Origin: Thermoprotei archaeon
Lineage (GTDB): Archaea > Thermoproteota > Thermoprotei > Thermoproteales > B15-G16
DNA: 64,000 nucleotides
Direction of reading: 5' to 3'
Assembly: GCA_003649205.1 (NCBI GenBank)
Contig: QMRC01000007.1
Span: forward strand, 21,937-85,936
The notes under the pieces are model-generated. The model ran no database searches. It was not told the origin of the DNA and saw nothing but the letters and a program-made list of their open reading frames with translations. Positions 19,120 through 29,721 of this stretch are shown here, piece by piece. How positions within the stretch are numbered: the stretch's first letter is position 1; every line of letters starts with the position of its first letter. The position numbers and the translations under genes are program-made.

Positions 19120-20973
19120 CTATGGAGTTGCTACTTTGCTGATTCTCTCGTATATCTGCTTTGCTAACCTAGCTACTTCCTCAGCTCTATACTTTGCACC
19201 AGGTATTGCTCTAGTTAGGTAAGCTCCGCTCTCCGCTCTCTTAGCTGCCTCCTTTGGATCCATACCTAGACATGCAGCTACTGCTGCTGGTACTGTTACG
19301 TTTATCACTGTATGCCCAATGTATGCTAGTTCCTGAGCTAGTACTGAACCAATTGTAAGTGCCCACATGTAATCTGGGTCTTCTCTACCAACACCCTTTA
19401 GTACGTATTCAGGTATTGCCTTAGCGAATAGGTTCTCGATCTTGTACTTCTTCTCTCCAATGGTTATCTCGTAGGATACGTATGAGTCAAAGCCCCAGTA
19501 CTTCTTCGTGAATGGATCGTGTCTTCTTGCTTGTGGTCTCAGCTCGATGAACTTTATCTCAACCTTCTTTCCGAGCATCTTGGAGAAGAGCTCTGAACCT
19601 CTCTTCTCAACAAGTTCCTTTCTCTCTTCATCGAGTGCTTTAGCAGCTTCTTCGAGACTCTTACCTGCCTTCAACATCTCGTACACCTTGATGGCTCTCC
19701 TGTAGATTGCTGCATCTCTTACAGGTTCACCAGCAATTATCATTGCTCTGGTAACCGGTCCTCTCCTAACTTCCTCAGCCTTTCTAGCTATGGTATTTGC
19801 TGCACAAAGCGCCATCTCTGGGTCGAAGAATGACTCTTCCTTATACTTCCTAATCTCTTCAGCAACCTTATGGACATCACCTTTGTACTTCATCAGTAAT
19901 CTAATAGCTGGTACAGCATCACCGCAGAGGTGTCCTAGCGGTGGGTTCACTGGACCTCCTGAGAATCCACCACCAATCATGGCTGCTTCCTTGAGACCTG
20001 CGAAGATCTCGTTAAGGGCCATTGCGCCGATTACGGTGAATGCTGGTAGGTCCTTGAATATTAGACCAAAGTCACCTATCACTCTAGCTGTATCTAGCTC
20101 CTCATCTGTACCCCTAATGTGTAGCTTTGGCGGTAGCTTAGCTGCTTCCATAGCTCCCTTACCAGCCATGTACGCTGAGTCAACAGTGCCGAAGGGTCCA
20201 TATTCCTCACCTAGGAATGCGTCTGGGTGAACTATCTCGAGAGCTACTGTGGCACCTATGAGTGCTGCCCAGAGTGGACTTGGCGTTATGCCAGCACCCT
20301 CAAATGCCCTCAACATAGCCTCCGTACCTATCTTAGCCGCATTGTAGGCTATCTCTGGGAATGCTATGTCCTCACCAAGTACGCTATGTCCATATGGTGA
20401 ACCACCTGATACGAATGGTGGCAGTTTAGCGCCATCTACCTTAGTTAGCTTCTTCTCTAGTAGTGCCTCATACACTGCCTTATATGCTGGGTATGCTGTT
20501 AATCTATTTGAGAACTTATTGGTTACGAGTGTTATTCCTCCACCTCTAGGTAGACCTACTTTAATTCTCGCCATTGCACCTAGCTTTCTATTAGCCATTG
20601 GTACACCCGCTCTAGCTCCTGAACCAGCGAAGTAGCACAGTGCTGCTGCTATGAGTGCTGCGTTCTCCGGTGCTGCACCAGCCTCCATAGCTGCCTTGAT
20701 TGCTTTCTCCAGGACATCATCTAGTGGTATTGTAGGTGCTTCAGCATCACTAATCTTAATGTCGATACCTCTTAGAATTTCTTCAGCTACTGCATTAGCT
20801 GCACAGAGAACGGCTATTGCTAGTGAACCCCAACCCTTAGCACCTGCCTCTAGTCTATCATTAGTCATTAGGTCAGGCTTGAAGGTTGTAGCCATTAGCG
20901 TCGCTGCTACTACTCTTTCTCTTTCTGGTAGACTCAAAATTAGACACCCCCTAATCATTCTGTGCAATGTCAC
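19120..20973 (-). CDS. Large uncharacterised Ala/Gly-rich cytoplasmic protein
   Basis: 617 aa ORF, probable TTG start near 20937 after a GGGGGTG RBS; no family motif recognised. Confidence 0.85.
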   Translation of the reverse strand: MTLHRMIRGCLILSLPERERVVAATLMATTFKPDLMTNDRLEAGAKGWGSLAIAVLCAANAVAEEILRGIDIKISDAEAPTIPLDDVLEKAIKAAMEAGAAPENAALIAAALCYFAGSGARAGVPMANRKLGAMARIKVGLPRGGGITLVTNKFSNRLTAYPAYKAVYEALLEKKLTKVDGAKLPPFVSGGSPYGHSVLGEDIAFPEIAYNAAKIGTEAMLRAFEGAGITPSPLWAALIGATVALEIVHPDAFLGEEYGPFGTVDSAYMAGKGAMEAAKLPPKLHIRGTDEELDTARVIGDFGLIFKDLPAFTVIGAMALNEIFAGLKEAAMIGGGFSGGPVNPPLGHLCGDAVPAIRLLMKYKGDVHKVAEEIRKYKEESFFDPEMALCAANTIARKAEEVRRGPVTRAMIIAGEPVRDAAIYRRAIKVYEMLKAGKSLEEAAKALDEERKELVEKRGSELFSKMLGKKVEIKFIELRPQARRHDPFTKKYWGFDSYVSYEITIGEKKYKIENLFAKAIPEYVLKGVGREDPDYMWALTIGSVLAQELAYIGHTVINVTVPAAVAACLGMDPKEAAKRAESGAYLTRAIPGAKYRAEEVARLAKQIYERISKVATP

Positions 20974-21047
20974 GGAATATAAAGGTTAACCAATACTAGT
21001 AATACTCTTTCATTGAATTAGTAATGCTTTCCCAATTCAATTCAGGT

Positions 21048-22313
21048 TCAACCTATTCCCGTATCTAATTCCTGAAGCTTAGCCCTTACCTGTCGTATAA
21101 CCTCCTCATAAACGTCCTTTATCGCTAATCCAGTTTCCTCGGCAATCCTTCTCAAGTCCTCGTACTCTGGCTTAGCTCTAAGTAATTGGCCTGATGGGGC
21201 TCTCGATATCTTAACTGTTACAGTGAATTTTCTTCCTTTAATAACAACATCAATAGGGACCTTAACTCTAGACGCAACAACTCTCGACAATTCACTAACG
21301 CGAACACCTAACGTACCTACCTCCCTCATCAGTAACTCAACTAAATCCCTGTAGTTACCTACATCAGCAAGAACCTTAATCACGTGTACTGGTCTATTCT
21401 TCTTACCTAAGCCAGGTAGCACAACGACGTCAATAGCACCTTGAGACAGCAACTTATTGACAAGGTACCCAATGAATTCACCGGGTACATCATCTACATT
21501 CGTCTCCAGAACAACCACCCTATCTTCACAGATATCGGCAATTGAGCCTTCAACCACTCTAAGTACATTTGGTCTACCTTCAACATCTCTTGCACCAGCT
21601 CCATAACCAACTCTCTCAACTCTCATACCTGGGTAGAAATCAACAATGTGCTTTGTCAAGTGTACTAATAGAGCTGCACCGGTAGGTGTAGTTAATTCAT
21701 ACGGTACATCCGCCATTGAGTACCTGTAGTTATGCCTTCTCAAGATCTCAAGAGTGGCGGGTGCTGGTACAGGTAGGAGACCATGTTCGCACTTCACGAA
21801 ACCACTACCAAGCGCAGGTGGTGTAGTGTAGACTCTATATCCCTCGCAAAATACACCCATCTCATCGAGTAGCTTAGCACTACAAACAATATCGAACACC
21901 GTATCTAGCGATGCTAGTTCATGTAGGTGAACTTCATCAACACTAATCCCATGTACCATAGCTTCAGCTTCAACGAGCTCCTTCACAACAGCAATAGCGT
22001 ATTCCCTAGCTCTCGTGGATAGGTTAGTGGCACTACAGCACTTATTAACTAACTCAATAACCTCCCTACCACTCCTCTCCTCTTCACTACTGGGACATAG
22101 AACCTCAACTCTCTTTGCTCTTAACCCAGACTTACGAACATCATATATCTTAACGCCAAAATCACTACATCCAGAAACATCTCTAACGGCATCTACCACG
22201 AGATTAACAATATCTGTAAGCCCCGTGAGATCAAGTAGTGCACCAACAAGCATATCACCTGAAACACCTGCAACACGAGGATCAAGCAACAATACCTTAA
22301 CCACATCATGCAC
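21048..22313 (-). CDS. larC: Nickel-pincer cofactor biosynthesis protein LarC
   Basis: AGVSGDM, EA.VHG..VHLHE..LD, HGLLPVPAPAT, ELTTPTGAA, ETNVDD, KKNRP, TLGVR, PEYED. Confidence 0.93.
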   Translation of the reverse strand: MHDVVKVLLLDPRVAGVSGDMLVGALLDLTGLTDIVNLVVDAVRDVSGCSDFGVKIYDVRKSGLRAKRVEVLCPSSEEERSGREVIELVNKCCSATNLSTRAREYAIAVVKELVEAEAMVHGISVDEVHLHELASLDTVFDIVCSAKLLDEMGVFCEGYRVYTTPPALGSGFVKCEHGLLPVPAPATLEILRRHNYRYSMADVPYELTTPTGAALLVHLTKHIVDFYPGMRVERVGYGAGARDVEGRPNVLRVVEGSIADICEDRVVVLETNVDDVPGEFIGYLVNKLLSQGAIDVVVLPGLGKKNRPVHVIKVLADVGNYRDLVELLMREVGTLGVRVSELSRVVASRVKVPIDVVIKGRKFTVTVKISRAPSGQLLRAKPEYEDLRRIAEETGLAIKDVYEEVIRQVRAKLQELDTGIG

Positions 22314-22410
22314 CTCACGTGAATTCTGAGCAATTGTACAGTAAACAACACACTTAACAGTAACTCTACATAGGTGGTACTAATCAAGAGAGTTGACGTC
22401 ATGTAACTTA

Positions 22411-22464
22411 GTGATGAGTCGCCGGGCCACATAACTGAACTATGATGTCTTCGGGACTGGCTGA
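22411..22464 (+). ncRNA. Box C/D sRNA upstream of nurA
   Basis: GTGATGA-GTCGCCGGGCCACATAA-CTGA-act-ATGATGT-CTTCGGGACTGG-CTGA. Confidence 0.75.
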
Positions 22465-22497
22465 TCACTTTCACTTACCTCTCCCTGTATCTACTCT

Positions 22498-23937
22498 GTG
22501 ATTTCAGACTTTAATCCAATGAACTTGGTAAGAAGCTTAGGGTATGTAATGAGCACTGACCTCTTCTTCGATCTCTTCGTCAAGGAGGTTGAGGAGAAGC
22601 TCACTAATGGGAATTCAGGTACTGAATTCACTATGAAGCCGAAGATACCTACCATTCTCTTCAACGAGATCAAGAAGCTATGGGTAAGCGAACTCCCCAA
22701 GAGAACAACTAACTGCTCCATAGTAGCTGTTGATGGTGGTATAAGGTCACTAGGTCTAGAAGGTGGTAGAGAGGTAGTTATAACGAGGGCTATAGCAGTA
22801 ACTAGTTCAGGTGCTAGAGCAAGACAATTAAGAGTTGAGTTAAGTAAGCTACAGGGTTTTGCTCTAAAGCTCTCACTACTTACGCAGGTAGAGTGCTCTG
22901 TTGCTCTTGAAGCTCTAGAGAAGGTACCTAATGTGGATTACTTACTTCTCGATGGTTCACTATACTATAGAGTAGTCCATGCACTTCACAGAATTCTTAG
23001 ACCTAGGGAGATAGCAGATACTTACTACCTACCTGAGCTAATCATGACCGTGACCTACGTAGCTACCTTACTCAAGCGATGTCGCGAGCTCAACGTAGTG
23101 CCGCTATTCATAACGAAGGACTCATCATCACGAATGTTGAAGGACTACGTAATCAGCAACATAATCTACGAGCAGCTGTACGAGAACAAGCTCCTTACAG
23201 ACCTAGAGGACATCACCACGGAACTACTTTTAAAAGCACGAAACCTGTACTCAGTTACCTGGGTAAAACACTACAGAGCAAATCTCGAAAAACTTCAACA
23301 ACACCTAAGAGCGGCACCTACGAATGTAGCGGAAGAACTTATACACTGTATTGAGCTATGGCTTCAACCGCACATCACAGACGTAGACTTAATTCGCTCA
23401 ACAGTAACCACTATAGGTTTCTCAAGACCGCTCAACATAGGTCTCATAGATATCCACTTAGATAACTTACTACAGGTACTTGAGAGGAGTAAGAAGAGAG
23501 TACTTGACAGGATCAGTGATGCACTCAAGATGAGAATCAATGAGGTACTAGGTAATGAGAGTTACTGGTACACCCTACTGATGAATGCTCTCAAGACAAT
23601 ACCAACTCTCTACATGACGTACATACGTGTGACACCAGACGATACACCACTAGCAATTGAGATACCTAACTTCAGATCCAGTATGGGATTCGTAGAGTTC
23701 CGAAGTAGGAGATTAAGTAGTGAACTCGAGATACTAGATCCACTTAGTATAGTTGTCAGTGGTTACAGGAATTCAACAGTCTACAATGTATGGCTCTACT
23801 TAGCACATCAGTACGCAACCTTCAGATCAACTCAGTTCAGAAGCTACGTAAAGTACCTCGAAGCACATCTCTCAAAGTATGGTCTTATCCTTCGAAAGAA
23901 GAGAAGAGAGAAGATGGTGGTGGCTCCTCTTGAGTGA
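22498..23937 (+). CDS. nurA: DNA double-strand break repair nuclease NurA
   Basis: VAVDGG, conserved E helix, LLLDGSL, ITKDSSSR, TD, Y..WLYLAH; adjacent to herA/mre11/rad50. Confidence 0.88.
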   Translation: MISDFNPMNLVRSLGYVMSTDLFFDLFVKEVEEKLTNGNSGTEFTMKPKIPTILFNEIKKLWVSELPKRTTNCSIVAVDGGIRSLGLEGGREVVITRAIAVTSSGARARQLRVELSKLQGFALKLSLLTQVECSVALEALEKVPNVDYLLLDGSLYYRVVHALHRILRPREIADTYYLPELIMTVTYVATLLKRCRELNVVPLFITKDSSSRMLKDYVISNIIYEQLYENKLLTDLEDITTELLLKARNLYSVTWVKHYRANLEKLQQHLRAAPTNVAEELIHCIELWLQPHITDVDLIRSTVTTIGFSRPLNIGLIDIHLDNLLQVLERSKKRVLDRISDALKMRINEVLGNESYWYTLLMNALKTIPTLYMTYIRVTPDDTPLAIEIPNFRSSMGFVEFRSRRLSSELEILDPLSIVVSGYRNSTVYNVWLYLAHQYATFRSTQFRSYVKYLEAHLSKYGLILRKKRREKMVVAPLE

Positions 23938-25963
23938 GGAGGTTGGTTATGTAGTTGGTGAGGTCACTCCCCTAGAATTTACCTTCGCTGTAAACCCCAA
24001 GACACCAGTACCTCTCTACGAGTATGTGTACTGTGAGCTAGAGGATGTACCACCTGGTGAGACCAAGCTCCATAGAGTAAAGGTCATAGCACAGGTACAT
24101 GAGGTGTATCGTGTTGGTGTTGGTCTTGGCAAGAATGTACCCTATGATGTGGCTAAGAACTTAGCAGCTAGCGGTGTTGAGGTTGAGGAGATTCACCTAG
24201 CTAAGGCTAGGGTACTTGGGTATGTGTGGAGAGGTAGATTGGTAACTCCGAGGAGACCACCGAGAGCGAATACTAAGGTCTTTAGAGCACCAACTGAGCT
24301 AGTTAAGGAGCTTTACAGCGTTCCAGAGGATAGAGCACTTCACATAGGGTACCTTGTTGCTAGACCTGAAGTACCTGTCTACCTAGATGTTGAGGGCTTG
24401 AAGAGGCACTTAGCGATAATAGCAGCTACAGGTAGTGGGAAGACTTGGTGCGCAGTGTTATTGATTGAAGAGCTGTTGAAGAAGGGTGCCACGATAGTTG
24501 TCATAGATCCTCATGGTGAGTACGTTAAGTTGAAGGAGAAGGTTCACGTCCTAGATCCCAGACTTAGGGATAGAGTTCTTGTACTTAAAGCTTCACGAAC
24601 GCAGGAAGGTGATAAGCTCTATAGAATAAAGCTCCTTCAACTAGATTCAGAAACTCTCTCAAGTATAGCGGGTATACCACAGAATGCTCACAAGATAAGA
24701 CACTGTGTGAGAGCAGCATTCAACATAGTTAAGGCAATTGCTAAGTACGTGAATAGGCCTGAGCTAGTTAACATAGGTAACTTGTTGAAGGTGCTTAGTT
24801 TCTGGAGGAGAGAACGAAATGTATCAAAGTCGAGGAAGTCAGGTAACCTATCTCCTGAACCTATAGTTAGGAAGATGCTTCAGGAATTATTTAATCTAGG
24901 TAATTCAGATAGTGAGTTAGTTAGGAAGCTCAGTAAGTACATTGAGGATCTGTACGCAGCAACGTACCGTGATGTATCACCTTGTCTTGATGCTATCAGG
25001 TACCTAAGGTCACTTAAGAGGTATGGGGTCTACACCTCAACAACTACACCACTACACGAAATTCTTCAACCAGCTCACGTAACGATACTGAACCTCAGTG
25101 GTGTTAAGGAGGAAATACAGGACCACATCGTCTACAATGTCCTAACCAGGATATTCAATGCTAGAGTCAGGTACGTCAGAGACCTACCTGGTGAAAGGTA
25201 TGAGTACCCTGTTGTCGTCTTCATTGAGGAAGCACATAGATTCGCACCACCTAAACACCGTAGTAGAAGAACTTGGAGTCAAGAGATAATCACGAGGATT
25301 GCTTCTGAAGGTAGGAAGTTCGGTGTCTACTTAGTGGTCATAACTCAGAGACCATCGAAGATAGACTCAGATGTGCTGTCTCAATGTCAGAATCAGATCG
25401 TCCTCAAGATAGTTAATCCGAAAGATCAAGAAGCTATTAAGGATGCTAGTGAAGTGCTCTCACAGGACTTACTCATGAACTTACCTAGCCTCAACACCGG
25501 TGAAGCTATTGTTGTTGGTCCATTAACTAAAGCACCCGTAATAGTCAGGTTGAGGGATCGTATATTACCCTACGGTGGTTCAGATATCGTGGTTAGTGAG
25601 GTATGGAGTAGAGCATTGACCTCAGTACTTCCAGATACCTCAAGTGAAGTACATGTACTTAGGAAGCTAGGTATCAACGTTGATCAAGGTACATTGAGGA
25701 AGGTAATGCCCTACCTACCGTATGTCACGTACGAGATTGATCCACTAACATTGACTATCCTCGGTAAGGTAAGTCTTGGACGTGAAGCGTATGTCGAGTA
25801 TAGACTCGGTGAAGGTACATGGTACTGTTCAGCATGTAGACATAGCATTCAACCATGTGTACACGTACTAGCACTCCTGCTAAAAGTTATAGCTTCTAAG
25901 GATATAAAATTACTTGAGAGAGAAGTGGTGCAGAACAATGGTAACGATAGCACACCTAGCTGA
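23930..25963 (+). CDS. herA: HerA DNA translocase with C-terminal SWIM-like zinc finger
   Basis: HAS barrel (VGYVVG), RHLAIIAATGSGKT, DPHGEY, EEAHRF, EGRKFG, TQRPS, SQCQNQ, GEAIV; tail WYCSAC....PCVH. Probable TTG start at 23930 after GGTGG (ORF track starts 23879). Confidence 0.92.
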   Translation: MSEEVGYVVGEVTPLEFTFAVNPKTPVPLYEYVYCELEDVPPGETKLHRVKVIAQVHEVYRVGVGLGKNVPYDVAKNLAASGVEVEEIHLAKARVLGYVWRGRLVTPRRPPRANTKVFRAPTELVKELYSVPEDRALHIGYLVARPEVPVYLDVEGLKRHLAIIAATGSGKTWCAVLLIEELLKKGATIVVIDPHGEYVKLKEKVHVLDPRLRDRVLVLKASRTQEGDKLYRIKLLQLDSETLSSIAGIPQNAHKIRHCVRAAFNIVKAIAKYVNRPELVNIGNLLKVLSFWRRERNVSKSRKSGNLSPEPIVRKMLQELFNLGNSDSELVRKLSKYIEDLYAATYRDVSPCLDAIRYLRSLKRYGVYTSTTTPLHEILQPAHVTILNLSGVKEEIQDHIVYNVLTRIFNARVRYVRDLPGERYEYPVVVFIEEAHRFAPPKHRSRRTWSQEIITRIASEGRKFGVYLVVITQRPSKIDSDVLSQCQNQIVLKIVNPKDQEAIKDASEVLSQDLLMNLPSLNTGEAIVVGPLTKAPVIVRLRDRILPYGGSDIVVSEVWSRALTSVLPDTSSEVHVLRKLGINVDQGTLRKVMPYLPYVTYEIDPLTLTILGKVSLGREAYVEYRLGEGTWYCSACRHSIQPCVHVLALLLKVIASKDIKLLEREVVQNNGNDSTPS

Positions 25964-27266
25964 TGCGCATCTAGGCTTTAGACAGTATGGGCTACCTGAA
26001 AGAGCTAGTGACTTCGCTAAATCATTCCACAGGGCAGTCGATGAGATAGTGGAGAGGAGAGCTGACATAGACCTAGTACTGATAGTTGGTGATCTATTCC
26101 ACAGCAAGAGACCTAGTCCAGAGACAATTCGTGAAGCTGTTATTGGTCTTAAGAAGCTCAGAGAAGCGAATATACCGGTCATAGTGACAAGAGGCAATCA
26201 CGACGCGCCATACTCGCAAGGCAGCAACAATGTGTTGACTCTCCTCTCTGAGCTAGGTTTAGTCAAGTACATAGATTATGGAAGAGTAGAGATTAGTGGG
26301 ATCGAAATCATAGCATGTGGTTGTACACCAACAGCGTATACAAGAGCACTAGAGAACTACTTGAGACAAGTAGTTAGCTTAGAGAAGGGACAACGTATCC
26401 TCCTACTTCACCAGGTTATTGAGGGTATAGAGCAAAATTACCCAAATGACCCGTATGTAGTACCATTAGATGTAGTTAAGGAATTTGCTACGAAATTCAA
26501 CTACATAGCTCTAGGTCATGTACATACCTTCGCACTGAAGCACCCTCAATTACCTGCATACTACTCCGGATCACTAGATATCTGGGATATCTCTGAATTC
26601 GAGACATACATCATGAAGTCTAGCAAGACCTTAGTTAAGGAACGTGACATGAGTGAGAAGGGTTTCCTCATAGTTCATGTAGATGGTGGAATTGAGGTAG
26701 AGAGAGTAAGACTTAGACCTAGTAGGAGGATGATTAGAGCAGTTCTCGCTTACAGTAATGAGGTGAAGCCTAGTGAAGTAATGAGGGATCTTATATCGGT
26801 AGCTCACGAGCTAGATAGGGAAGATGCTGTTGTTGTGATCGAGTTGCTAGGTAATCTAGTACCTGGTTCGAGTAGGCATGAGCTAAATTTGAAGGAGGTG
26901 AGGAAGTACTTTAGAAGAGTTCTCAAACTCGATATCAGGAATAGGCTGGGTGTAGTTACGTCGACTACAGATGGTAAAGTAGTAGACATATCGTCACTGA
27001 GTTTAGAGTCGCTTCTCAGGAGTTCATTCCTGAAATACTTCAGCAACGTAGCTAAGTCAATTGCTCTAGATCCTCAGTTCCTAAGTGAGTTAGCTATGAA
27101 ATTGCTCGATCTCCTAGCTCAAGGTAAGACTAGAGAAGCCCTCTACGTATTGTATAGAGAGTTGGGTGTTGATACAGGTACTGTATCGATTCCGAGTATC
27201 AGTACCTCTACTTCAGCTCCCTCTAGAAGGGGTAGGGAATCCACGATATTAGATTGGTTGAGGTGA
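25938..27266 (+). CDS. mre11: Mre11 nuclease
   Basis: DAHLG, GDLFH, GNHD, LHQ, LGHVH, YSGS; probable ATG at 25938. Confidence 0.93.
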   Translation: MVTIAHLADAHLGFRQYGLPERASDFAKSFHRAVDEIVERRADIDLVLIVGDLFHSKRPSPETIREAVIGLKKLREANIPVIVTRGNHDAPYSQGSNNVLTLLSELGLVKYIDYGRVEISGIEIIACGCTPTAYTRALENYLRQVVSLEKGQRILLLHQVIEGIEQNYPNDPYVVPLDVVKEFATKFNYIALGHVHTFALKHPQLPAYYSGSLDIWDISEFETYIMKSSKTLVKERDMSEKGFLIVHVDGGIEVERVRLRPSRRMIRAVLAYSNEVKPSEVMRDLISVAHELDREDAVVVIELLGNLVPGSSRHELNLKEVRKYFRRVLKLDIRNRLGVVTSTTDGKVVDISSLSLESLLRSSFLKYFSNVAKSIALDPQFLSELAMKLLDLLAQGKTREALYVLYRELGVDTGTVSIPSISTSTSAPSRRGRESTILDWLR

Positions 27267-27276
27267 GGGACTTACC

Positions 27277-29697
27277 TTGATCATTAGGTTAGAGGTAGAG
27301 AACTGGAGGTCCTACATAAGGGCCAGTGCTACGTTTACTGAAGGAATAACGTTTGTACATGGTGTTAATGGTGCTGGTAAGACATCTCTCCTAGAAGCTA
27401 TAGCATATGCTCTCTACGGTTCTAGGTGGTTAAGGTTAGCGAGGAGGGAAGGTGAGGAGAGGTTAAGTGATCTCCAGAGGAGGGGTTCCAGTATTACTAA
27501 GGTTAGGTTGTGGTTTAGAGCACCTAGTGGTGAGGTGTATGTTGTTCAGAGGTGTATCGTGGGTGGTAGATCTCAACGAGATAGTACGTACCTAATGGAT
27601 TCTAGAGGTAGGAGATTAGCTATTGGTGATGAGGAGGTTACTGAAGCTATTGAGAGGATAACTGGTATATCCTGTAGGGCGTTTAGGGAACTCCTCTACG
27701 TTAGGCAGGGTGAGCTGAAGGATATTCTAAAGGAGAGACGGAGAGAGAAGCTGGATGAGCTACTTAGGATCAAGGATCTGGAGAAGGCTAAGGACTCTAT
27801 GAGGGATGTTATCTCGAAGCTAGATACAGCACTTAGGTTAACGATCCAGGAACTAAGTCAGGTAGAGCACCTCATTCGTGAGTACGAGAATAGGGTTCTA
27901 GATATCTCTAAGAAGATGGATGGGTTAGTTAAGTTGATTGAGGAGTATAGGACTAGAGTTAGTTCCATTGAGAGTAGACTTGAGGAGATGAAGAAACGTG
28001 AGGAGGAGTTGAGGAGTTATCGTGAGAGGATTCAGAATCTAAGACTCGAGGTAGCTAACTTAAGGACTGTTAGGGAGAGGTACATTTCTGAGATAAGGGT
28101 TCTAGAGGGTGAGCTTCAACGGGTTAAGGAGTTAAGGGATGAAGTTGAGAGGTTAGCTCGAGAATTGCAGAGAGCATCTGAACTTGAGCAGAGATTACGT
28201 AGCTTGAGAGAACAGGAGAAGCAATTGCTCAATCTCCTCGGTGAGTACACGTACCTACTCAACCAAGTTAAGGAGTATGAAAAGCTGCTTAGTGAGGTCA
28301 ATAGGCTTAGAGATGAGTATGAGAAGTGCAGTCAGGAGCTTAGATTGCTAGAGAGTGAGAGGAGTAAGCTACTTCAACAACTCTCATTAATTAGGAAGTT
28401 TGAGGAGGAGTATAGTGAACTACTTAAGCGTAGAGCTCAGCTAGAGCAGGAACTGAGTATTCTACGTAATTTTGTAGATAATTTGGAGGGATCTAGGGTA
28501 GCTACGTGCCCTCTCTGTGAAAGAGAGATTAGTAGTGAGTACAGGGAATTGATTCTAAAGAGAAAGAGGAAGAGAATTGAGGAGTTGAAGAATACTCTAA
28601 CTGACTTATCTAAGCGTATTCAGGAGATTGAGCAGTCACTTAAGCAACGAGATGAGCTTCTCTCTAGACTACTGAATGTCGAGCAGTGTATAGCTAGTGC
28701 TCGATCTAGGTTGCAGGAACTGGAGAGTAAGCTACGTGAGCTAAGTGATCTACAGAAGCAGGTACAGAGTATGTATGAGAAGATTAAGACTCTTGAGGGT
28801 AAGTTAAGTGAGTTAGAGAGAATTCGAGATGACATAACTCAGCTAGAGCGTGAAGCTGGTAGAGTACAGGAACTGAGAGAGAGATTGAGTTCTTTAATGC
28901 AGGAGCTATCTAGGGAGCGTGTACTCGAGCAGAAAATAGCGGAGCTAAGGGAGAGGGTAAGTGAGGTTACGGAACTAATTGAGTGTAAAGAACGTGAGGT
29001 TAAGTCTCTACTCACTAAATTCAATGAGGAGGAGTACACTAACTTACAGAGTAGTATTCAGCATCTTGAGGAGGAGCTTGTGAGGTCTAAATCAGAGCTA
29101 AGTAGGCTAGAGGGTGAACTAAAGTCCTACCATGAACAACTATCCGAAGCCAAGAGGAAGTTAAGTGAACTCGAGAAGAGACGAGAAGAGTTAATCAGGA
29201 AGAGGCAGAACCTCGAGCGGGTACTCGCAGTAGCCTCTCTGATAAGGAGGTCGTACGACGAGATCAAGCCAATGCTTAGGTCATTGGTCATCGAAGCAAT
29301 AAACATGGAAGCAGAGAACCTGTTCAATCAACTTAAACACAAGAAAAACTATGAGAGTATCGAGATATCACCTGATTACGAGGTGTATATACGTGATAGA
29401 TCAGGTGCTAAGTACCTTATCGACTACTGTTCTGAAGGTGAGAAGACACTCATAGCACTGGTCCTCAGATATGCACTAGCAAAGGTACTCATAGGTGAAA
29501 CACCCATATTAATTCTTGACGAACCAACAGAACACCTAGATAGAGAGCATAGAGCAAGACTCATCAGGTGGTTAAGCACCTGTGAGTGGGCTAGACAACT
29601 AATAGTGACATCTCACATAGATGAGTTCAGTCAAGTAGCAAACAACGTAGTGGAGGTAAGAGTAAGAGAAGACGGCGTATCAGAGGTAATTCAGTGA
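27277..29697 (+). CDS. rad50: Rad50 ATPase
   Basis: GVNGAGKTS, YVRQGE Q-loop, long coiled coils, CPLC zinc hook, signature CSEGEK, LDEPTEHLD, TSH. Confidence 0.93.
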   Translation: MIIRLEVENWRSYIRASATFTEGITFVHGVNGAGKTSLLEAIAYALYGSRWLRLARREGEERLSDLQRRGSSITKVRLWFRAPSGEVYVVQRCIVGGRSQRDSTYLMDSRGRRLAIGDEEVTEAIERITGISCRAFRELLYVRQGELKDILKERRREKLDELLRIKDLEKAKDSMRDVISKLDTALRLTIQELSQVEHLIREYENRVLDISKKMDGLVKLIEEYRTRVSSIESRLEEMKKREEELRSYRERIQNLRLEVANLRTVRERYISEIRVLEGELQRVKELRDEVERLARELQRASELEQRLRSLREQEKQLLNLLGEYTYLLNQVKEYEKLLSEVNRLRDEYEKCSQELRLLESERSKLLQQLSLIRKFEEEYSELLKRRAQLEQELSILRNFVDNLEGSRVATCPLCEREISSEYRELILKRKRKRIEELKNTLTDLSKRIQEIEQSLKQRDELLSRLLNVEQCIASARSRLQELESKLRELSDLQKQVQSMYEKIKTLEGKLSELERIRDDITQLEREAGRVQELRERLSSLMQELSRERVLEQKIAELRERVSEVTELIECKEREVKSLLTKFNEEEYTNLQSSIQHLEEELVRSKSELSRLEGELKSYHEQLSEAKRKLSELEKRREELIRKRQNLERVLAVASLIRRSYDEIKPMLRSLVIEAINMEAENLFNQLKHKKNYESIEISPDYEVYIRDRSGAKYLIDYCSEGEKTLIALVLRYALAKVLIGETPILILDEPTEHLDREHRARLIRWLSTCEWARQLIVTSHIDEFSQVANNVVEVRVREDGVSEVIQ

Positions 29698-29721
29698 TAC
29701 GTGCAATAACAATACAATAAA

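Noticed and set aside
27800-29250. Repetitive GAG/AGA-rich sequence
   Set aside because: Explained by the Rad50 coiled coil, not a DNA repeat
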